In this document: piece by piece, positions 49,566-59,841 of the stretch
Layout of the letters: the number at the start of each line of letters is the position of its first letter
Numbering within the stretch: the stretch's first letter is position 1
Origin: Burkholderiales bacterium
GTDB lineage: Bacteria > Pseudomonadota > Gammaproteobacteria > Burkholderiales > Ga0077523
Assembly: GCA_038324085.1 (NCBI GenBank)
Contig: JBBQHP010000001.1
Coordinates: forward strand, 68,381-132,380
DNA length: 64,000 bases
Direction: 5' to 3'
Translations under genes and position numbers: made by a program
Notes under the pieces: model-generated
What the model was told of the DNA's origin: nothing
What the model saw: only the letters and a program-made list of their open reading frames with translations
The model's database searches: none

Positions 49566-51788
49566 ATGCCTTTCCGGCTGAACGATCGCGGGTTGCGTCC
49601 CGAAGTGTCCGTCGCCCGCCTGATCGAGACGGGATTCGAGCACCATCGCGCAGGCAACAGCTCTCTCGCCCGTGCGGCGTATGCGGAGATCCTCGCGGCG
49701 CATCCGCAGCACGCGGACGCGAACTACCTGACGGGATTGCTCTGCGCGGCGGAAGGCGACCATGCCGTGGCGCTGTCGCATATCGAGCGCGCGATGAGCG
49801 CCGACGGCACCCAGGCTGCATATCCGCTATCGGCCGCGTCCAGCCTGCGCGCGCTCGGCCGCCACGACGAGGCCATCGAGCGCTATCGCGCGGCGCTGCG
49901 TCTCGATCCCGACGACACGCAGATCCTGGACGACCTCGGCACCGCGCTGGAGGAAGCCGGGGCGTACGCGGAAGCGATCCCGCTGCTCGAACGGGCGGTG
50001 GCGCGAGCGCCCGGGGAATGGCGGGTGCACTATCACCTCGGCAACGCGCTCCGCGGCGCCGGCCGAAACGTCGAAGCCGCCGAGCGCTACCGCCAGGCTG
50101 TCCTGATCAATCCGGATTCGGCCGAAGCGCACAACAATCTGGGCGTGGCGGCGCAGCAGACCGGAGCCCTCGCGCAAGCGCGCGCCAGCTTCGAAGCCGC
50201 CCTCGCGCTGGCACCAGACTACCCGGACGCGCACAACAATCTCGGGGCCTGCCTGCACGCTCTGGAACGCACCGAGCAGGCCGTCGACTGCTTCGAGCGC
50301 GCCCTGGCTCTCGACCCGATCCATCCGCTGGCCCGAGTCAACCGGGCACAGGCGCTGCAGGAGCTGGGTCGCTGGCGCGAGGCGATCACCGCCTACGAGG
50401 CAGCGCTCGGCGGGGGCGGACGACCTGGAGTTCAGGTGCGCCTCGCCACGGTGCTGCCGGTCGTTGCGCGCTCGAGCGCGGAGATAGTCGAGGCGCGAGA
50501 GCGCTTCGGCGCCGGGATTGACGCCCTCGCCGAGCAAGGCATCCGCCTCGCCCATCCCGAAAAGGAGGTGGCATCGTGCAATTTCCATCTGGCGTATCAC
50601 GGCTTCGGCAACCGCGTCCTGCAGCAGAAGATCGCAAACCTCTACCTCCAGGCCTGTCCGGAACTCGGCTGGCGCGCACCGCACGTCGATCGCGGACCCC
50701 GGCGCTCCGGCCCGATCCGCGTCGGACTAATCTCGCGTTTCCTCCGCAATCATTCCATCGGCAAGACGTCGCGGGGCCTGTTCGCCCAAATCACCCGACC
50801 GGATTTCGAGGTCATCGCCCTGTTCGCGCCGCCATTCGTGGATGACGGGATGTCGCGCTTCATTTCGCAGAATGCCGACCGGAACGTGATCCTGCCGGGC
50901 GAACTGGGCGCGGCCCGGGAGACCATCGCGGCGCTCGAGCTCGATGTGCTTTTCTATCAGGATATCGGGATGGACCCGTTCACCTACTATCTCGCCTTCG
51001 CCCGGCTGGCGCCGGTGCAGTGCGTCTCCTTCGGGCATCCCGACACCACCGGGATACCCAACATGGACTGGTGGGTGTCGACCGAGGATTTCGAGACTCC
51101 GGACGCACCGTCGCACTACAGCGAACGACTCTGGCGGGCGCAGGGCATCGGAACGCTCGCGTACTACTACCGTCCGCCGGTGCCGGCCGAGCCGAAGTCC
51201 CGCCGGGAACTCGGCCTGCCCGAGGGCCGTGCGATCTACTTCTGCCCGCATTCCCTGTTCCGCATCCACCCCGACTTCGACGCGATCTTCGGCGCCATCC
51301 TGGCGCGCGACCCCACGAGCGAGATCATCATGATCGAAGGGACGCAACCGCATTGGACCACGCTGTTCCGGGAGCGCCTCGGGCGCACGCTCGGGCCGGA
51401 CCTGGGGCGGGTGCGCATCCTCCCGCTCCAGCCGCACACGGCCTATCTGAACCTCATGCAGGTCGCCGATGCAATGCTCGATCCGATCTACTTCAACGGC
51501 ATGAACAACTCGCTCGACGCCTTCGCGGTGGGATTGCCGATCGTCACGCTGCCGCATGTCTTCCAGCGCGGGAGACACACCAACGGCATCTATCGGCACA
51601 TGGGCTGGACCGGCTGCGTCGCGGCAGATCCTGCCGATTACGCGAACATCGCGTGGAGACTCGCTCATGATCCCGATTTCCATGTCGAGGCCCGGCACGA
51701 GATCGCGCAACGGCGCGATACCCTGTTCGAGGATCCGCGAGTACCGCGCGAGTTCGAACGCTTCTTCCACGAAACGGTGGGTCGCTGA
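49566..51788 (+). CDS. TPR-repeat protein fused to a divergent GT41-like glycosyltransferase domain
   Basis: The start is chosen at MPFRLNDRGL (the ORF track starts at 49326). TPR half, then IRVGLISRFLRNHSIGK, APVQCVSFGHPDTTG and LDPIYFNGMNNSLDAFAVGLPIVTLP. Confidence 0.7.
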   Translation: MPFRLNDRGLRPEVSVARLIETGFEHHRAGNSSLARAAYAEILAAHPQHADANYLTGLLCAAEGDHAVALSHIERAMSADGTQAAYPLSAASSLRALGRHDEAIERYRAALRLDPDDTQILDDLGTALEEAGAYAEAIPLLERAVARAPGEWRVHYHLGNALRGAGRNVEAAERYRQAVLINPDSAEAHNNLGVAAQQTGALAQARASFEAALALAPDYPDAHNNLGACLHALERTEQAVDCFERALALDPIHPLARVNRAQALQELGRWREAITAYEAALGGGGRPGVQVRLATVLPVVARSSAEIVEARERFGAGIDALAEQGIRLAHPEKEVASCNFHLAYHGFGNRVLQQKIANLYLQACPELGWRAPHVDRGPRRSGPIRVGLISRFLRNHSIGKTSRGLFAQITRPDFEVIALFAPPFVDDGMSRFISQNADRNVILPGELGAARETIAALELDVLFYQDIGMDPFTYYLAFARLAPVQCVSFGHPDTTGIPNMDWWVSTEDFETPDAPSHYSERLWRAQGIGTLAYYYRPPVPAEPKSRRELGLPEGRAIYFCPHSLFRIHPDFDAIFGAILARDPTSEIIMIEGTQPHWTTLFRERLGRTLGPDLGRVRILPLQPHTAYLNLMQVADAMLDPIYFNGMNNSLDAFAVGLPIVTLPHVFQRGRHTNGIYRHMGWTGCVAADPADYANIAWRLAHDPDFHVEARHEIAQRRDTLFEDPRVPREFERFFHETVGR

Positions 51789-53323
51789 TGCTGGGCTGGT
51801 TGAAGCGGGCACCGCGCACGCAATCCCTGGACACCCCCGGCATTGACGAAGTGCTCACGCGATCCCGCCGGCTCCAGGAAGCCGGCGACGTGGACGGTGC
51901 CGCGGCGCTGGTGGATACGGTCCTCGCCGGCCATCCGCGCCATGCCCGGGCGCTCACACGGCTCGGCACCCTGCGCTTCATCCAGGGCCGCCTCGACGAT
52001 GCGCAATCGCTCTACGGCGCTGCGCTGGAACTCGAACCGGCGAACGCTGATCTGCACTTCAATCTCGCGCTGGTGCATGGCGGTCGCGGCGACGCCGGTC
52101 GATCCATCGCGAGCTATCGCACGGCGCTCGCGCTCAAGCCCGATTTTCACGAAGCGCATTTCAATCTCGCGACGGTGCTGCACGAGATCGACGAACTCGA
52201 GCCTGCCCTCGCCAGCTACGAGGCCGCGGAGCGATGCACTCCGGGTCGTCGCGAAGTGCTGATCGGCATGGGGCTGGCCCGGCTCGAGCTCGACCAGCTG
52301 GACCCGGCGATTGCCTGCTTCGATCGCATCCTGGCGAAGGATCCGGACTACCCCGAGGCGCATCTGTACAAGGCGATGGCCCAGCTGAAGCGCGGCGAGT
52401 ACGCCGAGGGCTGGGACAACTACGACCACCGCTTCGACACCGAGGAGATTCGCGGTGCGAGGCGCGACTATCCCGGCCCTCGCTGGCTCGGCGAGGATCT
52501 TCATGGGCGCACCATCCTGCTGATCGCCGAACAGGGTTTCGGCGACACCATCCAGTTCATTCGCTTTGCACCGCTGCTGGTCGAACGCGGAGCGCGCGTG
52601 ATCGTCGAGGCTCCCGCTCCGCTCGCGACGCTGTTGCGATCGATGGTCGGGATCGAGATCGTCATCGCGGGTGCGGCACTGCCGGCGTGCGATTTCCACA
52701 GCTACCTTATGTCGCTGCCGCGTTTCCTCTCGCGCAGCCTGGGCGCAATCCCGGCCGCAATCCCCTACCTCCAGCCGACGCCGGCGAAAGTAGCGAGGTG
52801 GCGCGAGCGACTGGCCGGAGACCCTGGCTTCAAAGTCGGACTCGTCTGGGCAGGAGATCCGCACAAGGAACACCCGAGCGGCTATCGCGCGGATCGCCGC
52901 CGCAGCAGCAGTCTCGAACAACTCGCCCGCTTCGGCGAGGTCGCGGGGGTCTCGTGGTACAGCGTCCAGAAGGGCGCCGCGGCGGCCCAGGCGCACGCCG
53001 CCGACGTGCCCTTCGTACTGGTTGACACCGGCCCCGAGCTGCATGACTTCGACGACACCGCGGCCCTCCTGCAGTCCCTGGATCTGGTGGTGACGGTGGA
53101 CACCGCTGTCGCGCACCTGGCAGGCGCGCTCGGCCGCCCGGTCTGGGTGATGCTGCGCTACGATTGTTGCTGGCGCTGGCTCAAGGATCGCAACGATTCG
53201 CCGTGGTATCCGACCGCACGCCTGTTCCGCCAGCCCCATCGCTTCGACTGGGCGGCGGTTGCCGCAGACGTGGTCCGCGACCTCGCGCCGCTGGCCGTCG
53301 CACAGACCACCTCCGTCCGGTGA
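51788..53323 (+). CDS. TPR-repeat protein fused to a GT9 (heptosyltransferase-like) domain
   Basis: TPR N-terminus. The C-terminus has AEQGFGDTIQFIRFAPLL and VTVDTAVAHLAGALGRPVWVML. The ATG overlaps the upstream TGA by 1 nt. Confidence 0.75.
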   Translation: MLGWLKRAPRTQSLDTPGIDEVLTRSRRLQEAGDVDGAAALVDTVLAGHPRHARALTRLGTLRFIQGRLDDAQSLYGAALELEPANADLHFNLALVHGGRGDAGRSIASYRTALALKPDFHEAHFNLATVLHEIDELEPALASYEAAERCTPGRREVLIGMGLARLELDQLDPAIACFDRILAKDPDYPEAHLYKAMAQLKRGEYAEGWDNYDHRFDTEEIRGARRDYPGPRWLGEDLHGRTILLIAEQGFGDTIQFIRFAPLLVERGARVIVEAPAPLATLLRSMVGIEIVIAGAALPACDFHSYLMSLPRFLSRSLGAIPAAIPYLQPTPAKVARWRERLAGDPGFKVGLVWAGDPHKEHPSGYRADRRRSSSLEQLARFGEVAGVSWYSVQKGAAAAQAHAADVPFVLVDTGPELHDFDDTAALLQSLDLVVTVDTAVAHLAGALGRPVWVMLRYDCCWRWLKDRNDSPWYPTARLFRQPHRFDWAAVAADVVRDLAPLAVAQTTSVR

Positions 53324-53330
53324 CGACCCG

Positions 53331-56045
53331 ATGCTGCGCTGGCTGAGAAACAAGACGGAAACGGTTGCTTCGACGGACCTCGGGGCGCTCGTCCAGGAGG
53401 GCTTGTCCCGCCAGCAGATGGGCGACCTGGCGGCGGCGCGCGCGTCCTACGAAGAGATACTGAAGATCGATCGTCGCAACCTCGACGCAAGCTACCTTCT
53501 CGGCACGGTGGAGCTCGCCAGCGGGGCCGTGGCGCTTGCGCTCGAACGCTTCGACCAAGTCCTGCGCGTCGATCCGGCCAATGCAGCCTGCCACTATTCC
53601 CGCGGCGAAGCGCTGCGCTTCGACAATCGCCTGCCCGAAGCCGTCGACGCATTCCGCGCGGCGCTCGTGCTGGAGGCCACCGATCCGGAATGGTGGAACG
53701 AGCTGGGCCGCACACTCGATGCGCTCGACCGCGTCGACGAAGCCGGCGACTGCTATGCCGAGGCCGCCCGTCTGGCGCCGGCATTTGCGCCGGGGGCATG
53801 CAATCTCGGCAACGCGCGGCTGCGTCAGGGGCGCCGCGACGAGGCGCGGGCAGCGTTCGAGCAGGCCGTTGCGCACGCCCCCGACTTCATGCCGGCGGTG
53901 TTCGGTCTCGGCTCGATCCTTCAGGCCGAAGGCCACCTCGCAGAAGCGGCGGCGCGCTACCAGCAAGCTTTGGCGCTCGCGCCGGGACAAGCGGAAGTGC
54001 TCACGAATCTCGGTGCGGTGTTGCTTGGCCAGGGCCGCCCCGAAGCCGCCGAACGGGCTCTGCGCGCAGCGCTCGAGAGCGAACCCCGGTCCACCGAGGC
54101 CTGGATCAATCTGGGCGCGGCGCTGCGTGCCCTCGACCGCCTGGACGAGGCACAGGTGGCGTACGCGCGCGCCATCGAGACCGCACCGGCGTTCGCCCCG
54201 GCGCGCCTCCAGCATGCGATCGCGCTCGAGTTGCTGGGCCGGGTTCACGATGCCGAGCGCGAACTGAACGAAGCCATCGCGATCGATCCGGGCCTGGCCG
54301 AAGCGCACTGCAGACTCGGAAACATTCTCGGACGCCAGGGGTTCCTCGACGAGGCAGAACAGGCCTGGCGCCGCGCCCTGGAGATCGAGCCGGAGCACAT
54401 TGAAGTGCTGATCAATCTCGGTGATTCGCTCAATCGCAACGGCCGGGTGGATGAAGCCGTGGCACTCACCGAACGGCTCGTGGCCGCGCATCCGGATCTC
54501 GCCGTAGGTCGGCTCAACCTGGGCGTATTCCTGCTCGGCACGCCGCGCCACCCGAAGGCCGAAGACTGTTTCCGCAAGGCGCTGGAACTCGATCCTGAAC
54601 TCGCGTCGGCCCATGTGATGCTCGCGGCGCTGTATCTCGGCCAGGCGCGTTTGTCCGAAGCGGAAGCCGAGGCCCGGGCCGCGCTCGATGCGCCCGGCCA
54701 GGCGCTGGGCGCGTGGGTCAACCTCGGCAACGCGCTGCAACATCAAGGACGTCTGTCCGAGGCGATCGAAGCGGCGCGCCGCGCGATCGCGATCGATCCG
54801 ACCCACGGCCAGGCGTGGAGCAACCTGCTGATGACGCTCCAATACCGCTGGGAGACGACGGACGCCGAATTGATGCAGGTACAGCGCGAATTCGGCGAGC
54901 GCTTCGATGCCCCGAACCCACCCGACTTCGCGGCGCACGATCGCGACCCCGGGCGCAAGCTGCGCATCGGCTACGTGTCGCCGGATTTCCGCCATCACGT
55001 CGTTTCGTTTTTCTTCGAGCCGGTGCTTGCTGCGCACGACCGCTCCCAGGTCGAGATCTTCTGTTACTACAATCACACGCTCGTTGATGCCACCACGCGA
55101 CGCTTGCGCGCCGCATCCGATTACTGGCGCGACATCGCCCCGCTGAACGACGAAGAAGTCGCGCGGATCATGCGCGCCGATCGGTTGGACGTCGCGATCG
55201 ACCTCGCCGGGCACACGGCGAAGAACCGGCTGCCGGTGTTCGGCCGGCGCGTGGCGCCGGTGCAGGCCACGTGGCTGGGTTTCCCGGGCGGAACCGGACT
55301 GGCGTCAATGGACTGGCGCGTCACCGATGCCCGCGCGGACCCGGAAGGTCCGGCGGAAGACCAGCACGTGGAGCGGCTGCTGCGCTTGCCGGAGACCTTC
55401 ATAGCGTACACGCCACCGCGCGACGCACCCGACGTGGCAGACCTGCGCACGGACGCCATGATCACATTTGGCGCATTCAACAATTTCTCCAAGGTTACCG
55501 ACCCCATGCTGGCGTTGTGGGCCCGCATCCTCGCCGCGGTACCCGAGGCGCACCTGTTGGTGAAGGCCGGTTCGCTCAAGGACCCTGGCACGCGCGAACG
55601 TGCCGCCGGGCGCCTCGCCCGATACGGCTGCGATCTCGCGCGCGTGACCCTCACCGGCACCATTCCTGCGTATCGCGATCACCTCGCATCCTGGGGTGCC
55701 GTCGACGTTGCGCTGGACACTTTTCCCTACCACGGCACCACCACGACCTGCGAAGCGCTCTGGATGGGGGTGCCGGTGGTGACCCTCGCGGGCGACCGTC
55801 ACGCCGCGCGCGTCGGCGTGAGCCTGCTCGAGGGTCTCGGGCTCGCAGATCTCGTCGCCGGCACCGCCGACGAATACGTTGCTGTCGCGGTGCGCCTCGC
55901 TCAGGACCGCAGGCGCCGCGAAGAACTGCGACGCACGTTGCGGGACACCATGGCCTCGGCACCGCTTCTGAACGTCGCACGCTTTACTCGCTCGCTCGAG
56001 ACCGGCTATCGCAGCATTTGGCAGGATTGGCTGGCGCGATGCTGA
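53331..56045 (+). CDS. Long TPR array (about 14 repeats) fused to a GT41 (OGT/SPINDLY-like) glycosyltransferase domain
   Basis: The start is chosen at MLRWLRNKT. The C-terminus has LRIGYVSPDFRHHVVSFF, APVQATWLGFPGGTG, ITFGAFNNFSKV and LDTFPYHGTTTTCEALWMGVPVVTLAG. Confidence 0.8.
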   Translation: MLRWLRNKTETVASTDLGALVQEGLSRQQMGDLAAARASYEEILKIDRRNLDASYLLGTVELASGAVALALERFDQVLRVDPANAACHYSRGEALRFDNRLPEAVDAFRAALVLEATDPEWWNELGRTLDALDRVDEAGDCYAEAARLAPAFAPGACNLGNARLRQGRRDEARAAFEQAVAHAPDFMPAVFGLGSILQAEGHLAEAAARYQQALALAPGQAEVLTNLGAVLLGQGRPEAAERALRAALESEPRSTEAWINLGAALRALDRLDEAQVAYARAIETAPAFAPARLQHAIALELLGRVHDAERELNEAIAIDPGLAEAHCRLGNILGRQGFLDEAEQAWRRALEIEPEHIEVLINLGDSLNRNGRVDEAVALTERLVAAHPDLAVGRLNLGVFLLGTPRHPKAEDCFRKALELDPELASAHVMLAALYLGQARLSEAEAEARAALDAPGQALGAWVNLGNALQHQGRLSEAIEAARRAIAIDPTHGQAWSNLLMTLQYRWETTDAELMQVQREFGERFDAPNPPDFAAHDRDPGRKLRIGYVSPDFRHHVVSFFFEPVLAAHDRSQVEIFCYYNHTLVDATTRRLRAASDYWRDIAPLNDEEVARIMRADRLDVAIDLAGHTAKNRLPVFGRRVAPVQATWLGFPGGTGLASMDWRVTDARADPEGPAEDQHVERLLRLPETFIAYTPPRDAPDVADLRTDAMITFGAFNNFSKVTDPMLALWARILAAVPEAHLLVKAGSLKDPGTRERAAGRLARYGCDLARVTLTGTIPAYRDHLASWGAVDVALDTFPYHGTTTTCEALWMGVPVVTLAGDRHAARVGVSLLEGLGLADLVAGTADEYVAVAVRLAQDRRRREELRRTLRDTMASAPLLNVARFTRSLETGYRSIWQDWLARC

Positions 56046-57829
56046 CGCGATTCCTGCGGCGCAGGGATCTGCCAGCGGCAACCGACGCAACGTCGCAGGT
56101 GCATGCAGGGTTCGCCCTGCATCGCATCGGCGACATCGAAGGCGCGCTGCGGTGTTATCGGTTGGCACTGGAACTGCAGCCGCGCAACGGCGACGCGCTC
56201 TATCTGTGCGGCATTGCCGAGACAAGCCGCGGCGAGACCGACGCGGCGCTGGATCTCCTCACCCGGGCGACCCAGCACGATGCGACCAATGCTCACGCCT
56301 GGTTCGCGCTCGGGGAGCTGCTCCGCGCGAGGGGTGATCCGGTGCGCGCCGCAGAAGCGCTGGAGGCGGGCCTCGCGCGCGACCCCAATGACCCTGCGCG
56401 GTACGATCAGCTGGCGGAACTGCGCATCGCGACGGGCGCCCCGTGCGGCGCCGAGGCCGCTGCGCGTACCGCGATCGAACTCGATCCGGCGCACGCGGAA
56501 GGTTGGATCGCCCTCGGGGCCGCTTTGCGCGCACAAGGTCTTTCGCGCCAGGCAACCGAGTGTTTCGAGCGCGCCTGCGAACTCGATCCGAACGCTGCAG
56601 CCGCCTGGCACAACCGCCTGCTGACCTTGAACTATGTGGATGATCTGCCCGCGGCCCACGTCGCCGCCGCGCATCTGGATTTCGGCGCGCGTTTCGAGCA
56701 GCGGCCCGGAGACATCTTCCGGACCGCTGCGCCCCCGGCCGACCGGCCGCTACGGGTGGGCTTCGTGTCGGCCGATTTCGGCCACCACGTGGTGTCGTTC
56801 TTCATCGAGCCGGTACTCGCTGCGCTCGATCGTTCGGCGATCGAGGCATTCTGCTATTTCAATGGTGCGCGCGAAGACGAACAGTCGCGGCGCCTGCGTG
56901 CGCTCGTGCCGCACTGGCGTTCCATCGCGAACCTGGATGATGCCTCGGCGCTGGCGCTGATCCGCGACGACCTTCTCGACATTGCCGTCGATCTCTCCGG
57001 GCATACCGCGGGCAATCGTCTGCCCTTGTTCGCGCAGCGAATCGCACCGGTACAAACCACCTGGCTCGGCTATCCGGCCACAACCGGCCTCGCGACCATG
57101 GACTACCGCCTTACCGATGCCCTGGCCGACCCTCCCGGCATGACCGAAGCATTCCACAGCGAACGTCTGATGCGGCTGCCGGACGGGTTCCTGTGCTTTC
57201 AACCGCGAGCGGACGCTCCCGCGGTCACGGCATTGCCGGCGGCGACATCGGGGCGGGTCACGTTCGCGTCGTTCAACAATCTCGCAAAGCTGACCGAGAC
57301 GGCGCTGGGTGCCTGGGGACGGATTCTCGAACAGGTCCCGGACTCGCGGCTGCTGCTCAAGGGACACGGACTGGAGGAAGCAAGTCTCTGCCGTGCCCTT
57401 GCAACGCGCTTTGCGAATGCCGGCGGCGACGCCGGACGACTCACGATGGAAGGGATCCGCGCGCCACACGAAGCCCATCTCGCGCGTTACGGCGAAGTCG
57501 ATGTCGCCCTCGACAGCATGCCCTACTGCGGCACGACGACCACCTGCGAAGCTCTGTGGATGGGCGTTCCGGTCGTGACCTTGGCAGGTGCCAGTCACGC
57601 AGCGCGGGTCGGCGCAAGCCTGCTCGACGGAATCGGCCACGGCGAGTGGATCGCCGAGGACCTGCAACAGTATGTCGACATAGCGGTGCGGCTCGCATCG
57701 GACACGGCCATGCTGGCGAAGCTGCGCGCGAGCCTTCGCGCCGAGTTTGCCGCCGCGTCGCTCGTGGATGCGCATCGCTTCGCGCGCGAGCTTGAATCGG
57801 CCTTGCGCGAGATGGTGCAGGCATGTTGA
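56039..57829 (+). CDS. TPR-repeat protein fused to a GT41 (OGT/SPINDLY-like) glycosyltransferase domain
   Basis: The start at MLTRFLRRR overlaps the upstream stop (ATGCTGA). Has LRVGFVSADFGHHVVSFF, APVQTTWLGYPATTG, VTFASFNNLAKL and LDSMPYCGTTTTCEALWMGVPVVTLAG. Confidence 0.8.
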   Translation: MLTRFLRRRDLPAATDATSQVHAGFALHRIGDIEGALRCYRLALELQPRNGDALYLCGIAETSRGETDAALDLLTRATQHDATNAHAWFALGELLRARGDPVRAAEALEAGLARDPNDPARYDQLAELRIATGAPCGAEAAARTAIELDPAHAEGWIALGAALRAQGLSRQATECFERACELDPNAAAAWHNRLLTLNYVDDLPAAHVAAAHLDFGARFEQRPGDIFRTAAPPADRPLRVGFVSADFGHHVVSFFIEPVLAALDRSAIEAFCYFNGAREDEQSRRLRALVPHWRSIANLDDASALALIRDDLLDIAVDLSGHTAGNRLPLFAQRIAPVQTTWLGYPATTGLATMDYRLTDALADPPGMTEAFHSERLMRLPDGFLCFQPRADAPAVTALPAATSGRVTFASFNNLAKLTETALGAWGRILEQVPDSRLLLKGHGLEEASLCRALATRFANAGGDAGRLTMEGIRAPHEAHLARYGEVDVALDSMPYCGTTTTCEALWMGVPVVTLAGASHAARVGASLLDGIGHGEWIAEDLQQYVDIAVRLASDTAMLAKLRASLRAEFAAASLVDAHRFARELESALREMVQAC

Positions 57830-59841
57830 ACTGGCTCAGGCGCCGCATACCGGGGAGCCGACCCGGCGCATTCGCATCGCTCATGGAGACCGGCCTTGCG
57901 CATCACCGCGCCGGCCGGTTCGAACAGGCGTGCGCGCACTACCTGCAGGCCGTGGCTTTGGACGGTGGCGACGCGCATGCCCTCCATCTGTACGCGCTCG
58001 CGCTGGCGGGCTGCGGGCGGCGCGAGGAGGCGCTCGCGAAACTCGAATCCGCGATCGGGATCGACGGCGGCAGCGCGCGGTACCGGACCGCAGCCGCCGA
58101 GTGTCTGCGGGCCATGCACCGGAACGACGAGGCGCTCGGGCAGGCGCAAGCGGCCATGGATCGCGATCCCGGGAGCGGTGCCGCACACAACGAACTGGGG
58201 CTATGCCTGGTCGCCGCGGGCCGCGTCGATGAAGCGATGGCCCTGTTCGAAGCAGCGACCCGGCTTGCGCCCGATTGGTTCGAAGGCTGGGGCAACGCGG
58301 GCAACGCGTTGCTCTCCCTGGGCCGCGCGGACGAAGCGCTGGTGCGGTATCGTGAAGCGCTGCGACTGGGTCTCTCCGATCGCGGCATCCGGCTGAACGC
58401 AGTCGCGGCGCTGCGCGCGGTCGGCCGGATCGACGAAGCGCTCGATCGTTGCCAGGAGATACTCGCCGAGGATCCGCGCTTTGTCCGCGCGTCCGTCCTC
58501 GCGGCGGAACTCCTCGAACGCAAAGGGGACACCGCGAACGCTCGCGCCCTGTTCGACAGTGCCGTCGATTTCGTACCCGACGACGCCCAACTCTGGACCG
58601 ACTACGGCTATTTCCTGCAACGCATGGAAGCGCTCGACGACGCCGCAACCGCCTACCGACGCGCGCTCGCGATCGCGCCAGAACACCCGGGGGCCCTCAA
58701 CAACCTGGGCATGGTGCTGTTCGAGGACAACCGCGTCGACGAAGCGGAGAGCCTGCTGGAGCGCGCGGTGGAACGGCCCGACGCCCGCCCGGAAGCATGG
58801 TCCAACCTCGGCAATCTGCGCGCCGCCCAGGGCCGCGTCGACGAAGCGCTCGCTTCGTTCGACCACGCCGCGCGGGCCGGGCTCGATACCGCGGATGCAC
58901 GCTTCGATCGCTCCCTTGCCCTGCTGCTTGCGGGCCGGTTCGCCGCGGGCTTCGCCGAGTACGAAGAACGGTTCCGCACGACCCCGTGGGCAGACGTGCG
59001 GCAGGATTGGCCGGCACCACGCTGGCGCGGCGAGGCGCTCGCCGGCCGCACGCTTCTGCTATGGGCCGAACAAGGCCTTGGCGATACGCTCCAGTTCGTT
59101 CGATATGCGCCGGGGCTGGCACAGCGCGGCGCCCGCATCGTCCTGCTGGTCCAGCCGGCATTGCGCAGACTGCTCACGGCTTCGATGGATGCCACCGTCC
59201 TGGTGCCCGGCGATCCGCTCCCCGCGATCGATTTTCAGTGTCCGTTGATGTCGCTGCCGCACGCGTTCGGAACCACGCTCGAAACCGTACCGTCGGCAGC
59301 GCGCTACCTCCGCGTTCCGACCGAGGCTGCCGCAGCCATGGCAGGCGTGTTCACCGGTACCAGCGCGCCGCGAATCGGCCTCGTCTGGGCCGGCAATCCG
59401 ACCCATCGCAACGATCGCAATCGATCGCTGCCGTTCGCTGCGTTGCGCCCATTGCTGGAAGCCACCCGGGCCACGTTCGTCCCCCTGCAAATTCCGGGCA
59501 CGGTGCCCGAACCCGAGGTTCCCGCACACACGCACTGGCTAAGTGTGATGCACCGGGTGCACGACTTCGCCGACACCGCGGCGCTCCTCGAGCAACTCGA
59601 TCTGCTGATCACGGTGGATACTTCCGTGGCCCATCTCGCCGGAGGCCTGGGTCGTCCGGCCTGGGTGCTGCTGCCGTTTGCGCCGGACTGGCGCTGGATG
59701 CTCGATCGACCCGACACGCCTTGGTACCCCGGGCTCACGCTGTTTCGCCAGCAGCGCGCCGGCGAGTGGGCGCCGGTGATCGAAGCGCTCACACGCGAAC
59801 TTCGCGTTGCCGTCGCGGACAAAGCAGCGTTGCCATGCTGA
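57823..59841 (+). CDS. TPR-repeat protein fused to a GT9 (heptosyltransferase-like) domain
   Basis: MLNWLRRRI start (ATGTTGA overlap). The C-terminus has AEQGLGDTLQFVRYAPGL and ITVDTSVAHLAGGLGRPAWVLL. Paralog of 51788-53323. Confidence 0.75.
   Translation: MLNWLRRRIPGSRPGAFASLMETGLAHHRAGRFEQACAHYLQAVALDGGDAHALHLYALALAGCGRREEALAKLESAIGIDGGSARYRTAAAECLRAMHRNDEALGQAQAAMDRDPGSGAAHNELGLCLVAAGRVDEAMALFEAATRLAPDWFEGWGNAGNALLSLGRADEALVRYREALRLGLSDRGIRLNAVAALRAVGRIDEALDRCQEILAEDPRFVRASVLAAELLERKGDTANARALFDSAVDFVPDDAQLWTDYGYFLQRMEALDDAATAYRRALAIAPEHPGALNNLGMVLFEDNRVDEAESLLERAVERPDARPEAWSNLGNLRAAQGRVDEALASFDHAARAGLDTADARFDRSLALLLAGRFAAGFAEYEERFRTTPWADVRQDWPAPRWRGEALAGRTLLLWAEQGLGDTLQFVRYAPGLAQRGARIVLLVQPALRRLLTASMDATVLVPGDPLPAIDFQCPLMSLPHAFGTTLETVPSAARYLRVPTEAAAAMAGVFTGTSAPRIGLVWAGNPTHRNDRNRSLPFAALRPLLEATRATFVPLQIPGTVPEPEVPAHTHWLSVMHRVHDFADTAALLEQLDLLITVDTSVAHLAGGLGRPAWVLLPFAPDWRWMLDRPDTPWYPGLTLFRQQRAGEWAPVIEALTRELRVAVADKAALPC

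Noticed and set aside
51665-55214. Long minus-strand ORFs (562 aa and 677 aa) opposite the TPR-GT genes, and similar ones at 46957-48513, 50727-51812 and 59844-61322
   Set aside because: All are antisense to genes showing clear 34-aa TPR periodicity and GT/MT motifs. They are Arg/Gly/Ala-rich with no domains.
58449-59834. First 462 aa of the 1017-aa plus-strand ORF 58449-61502
   Set aside because: This stretch is out of frame with, and fully overlapped by, the TPR-GT9 gene 57823-59841. The sequence is Arg/Pro/Gly-rich nonsense. The real gene starts at the ATG at 59835.
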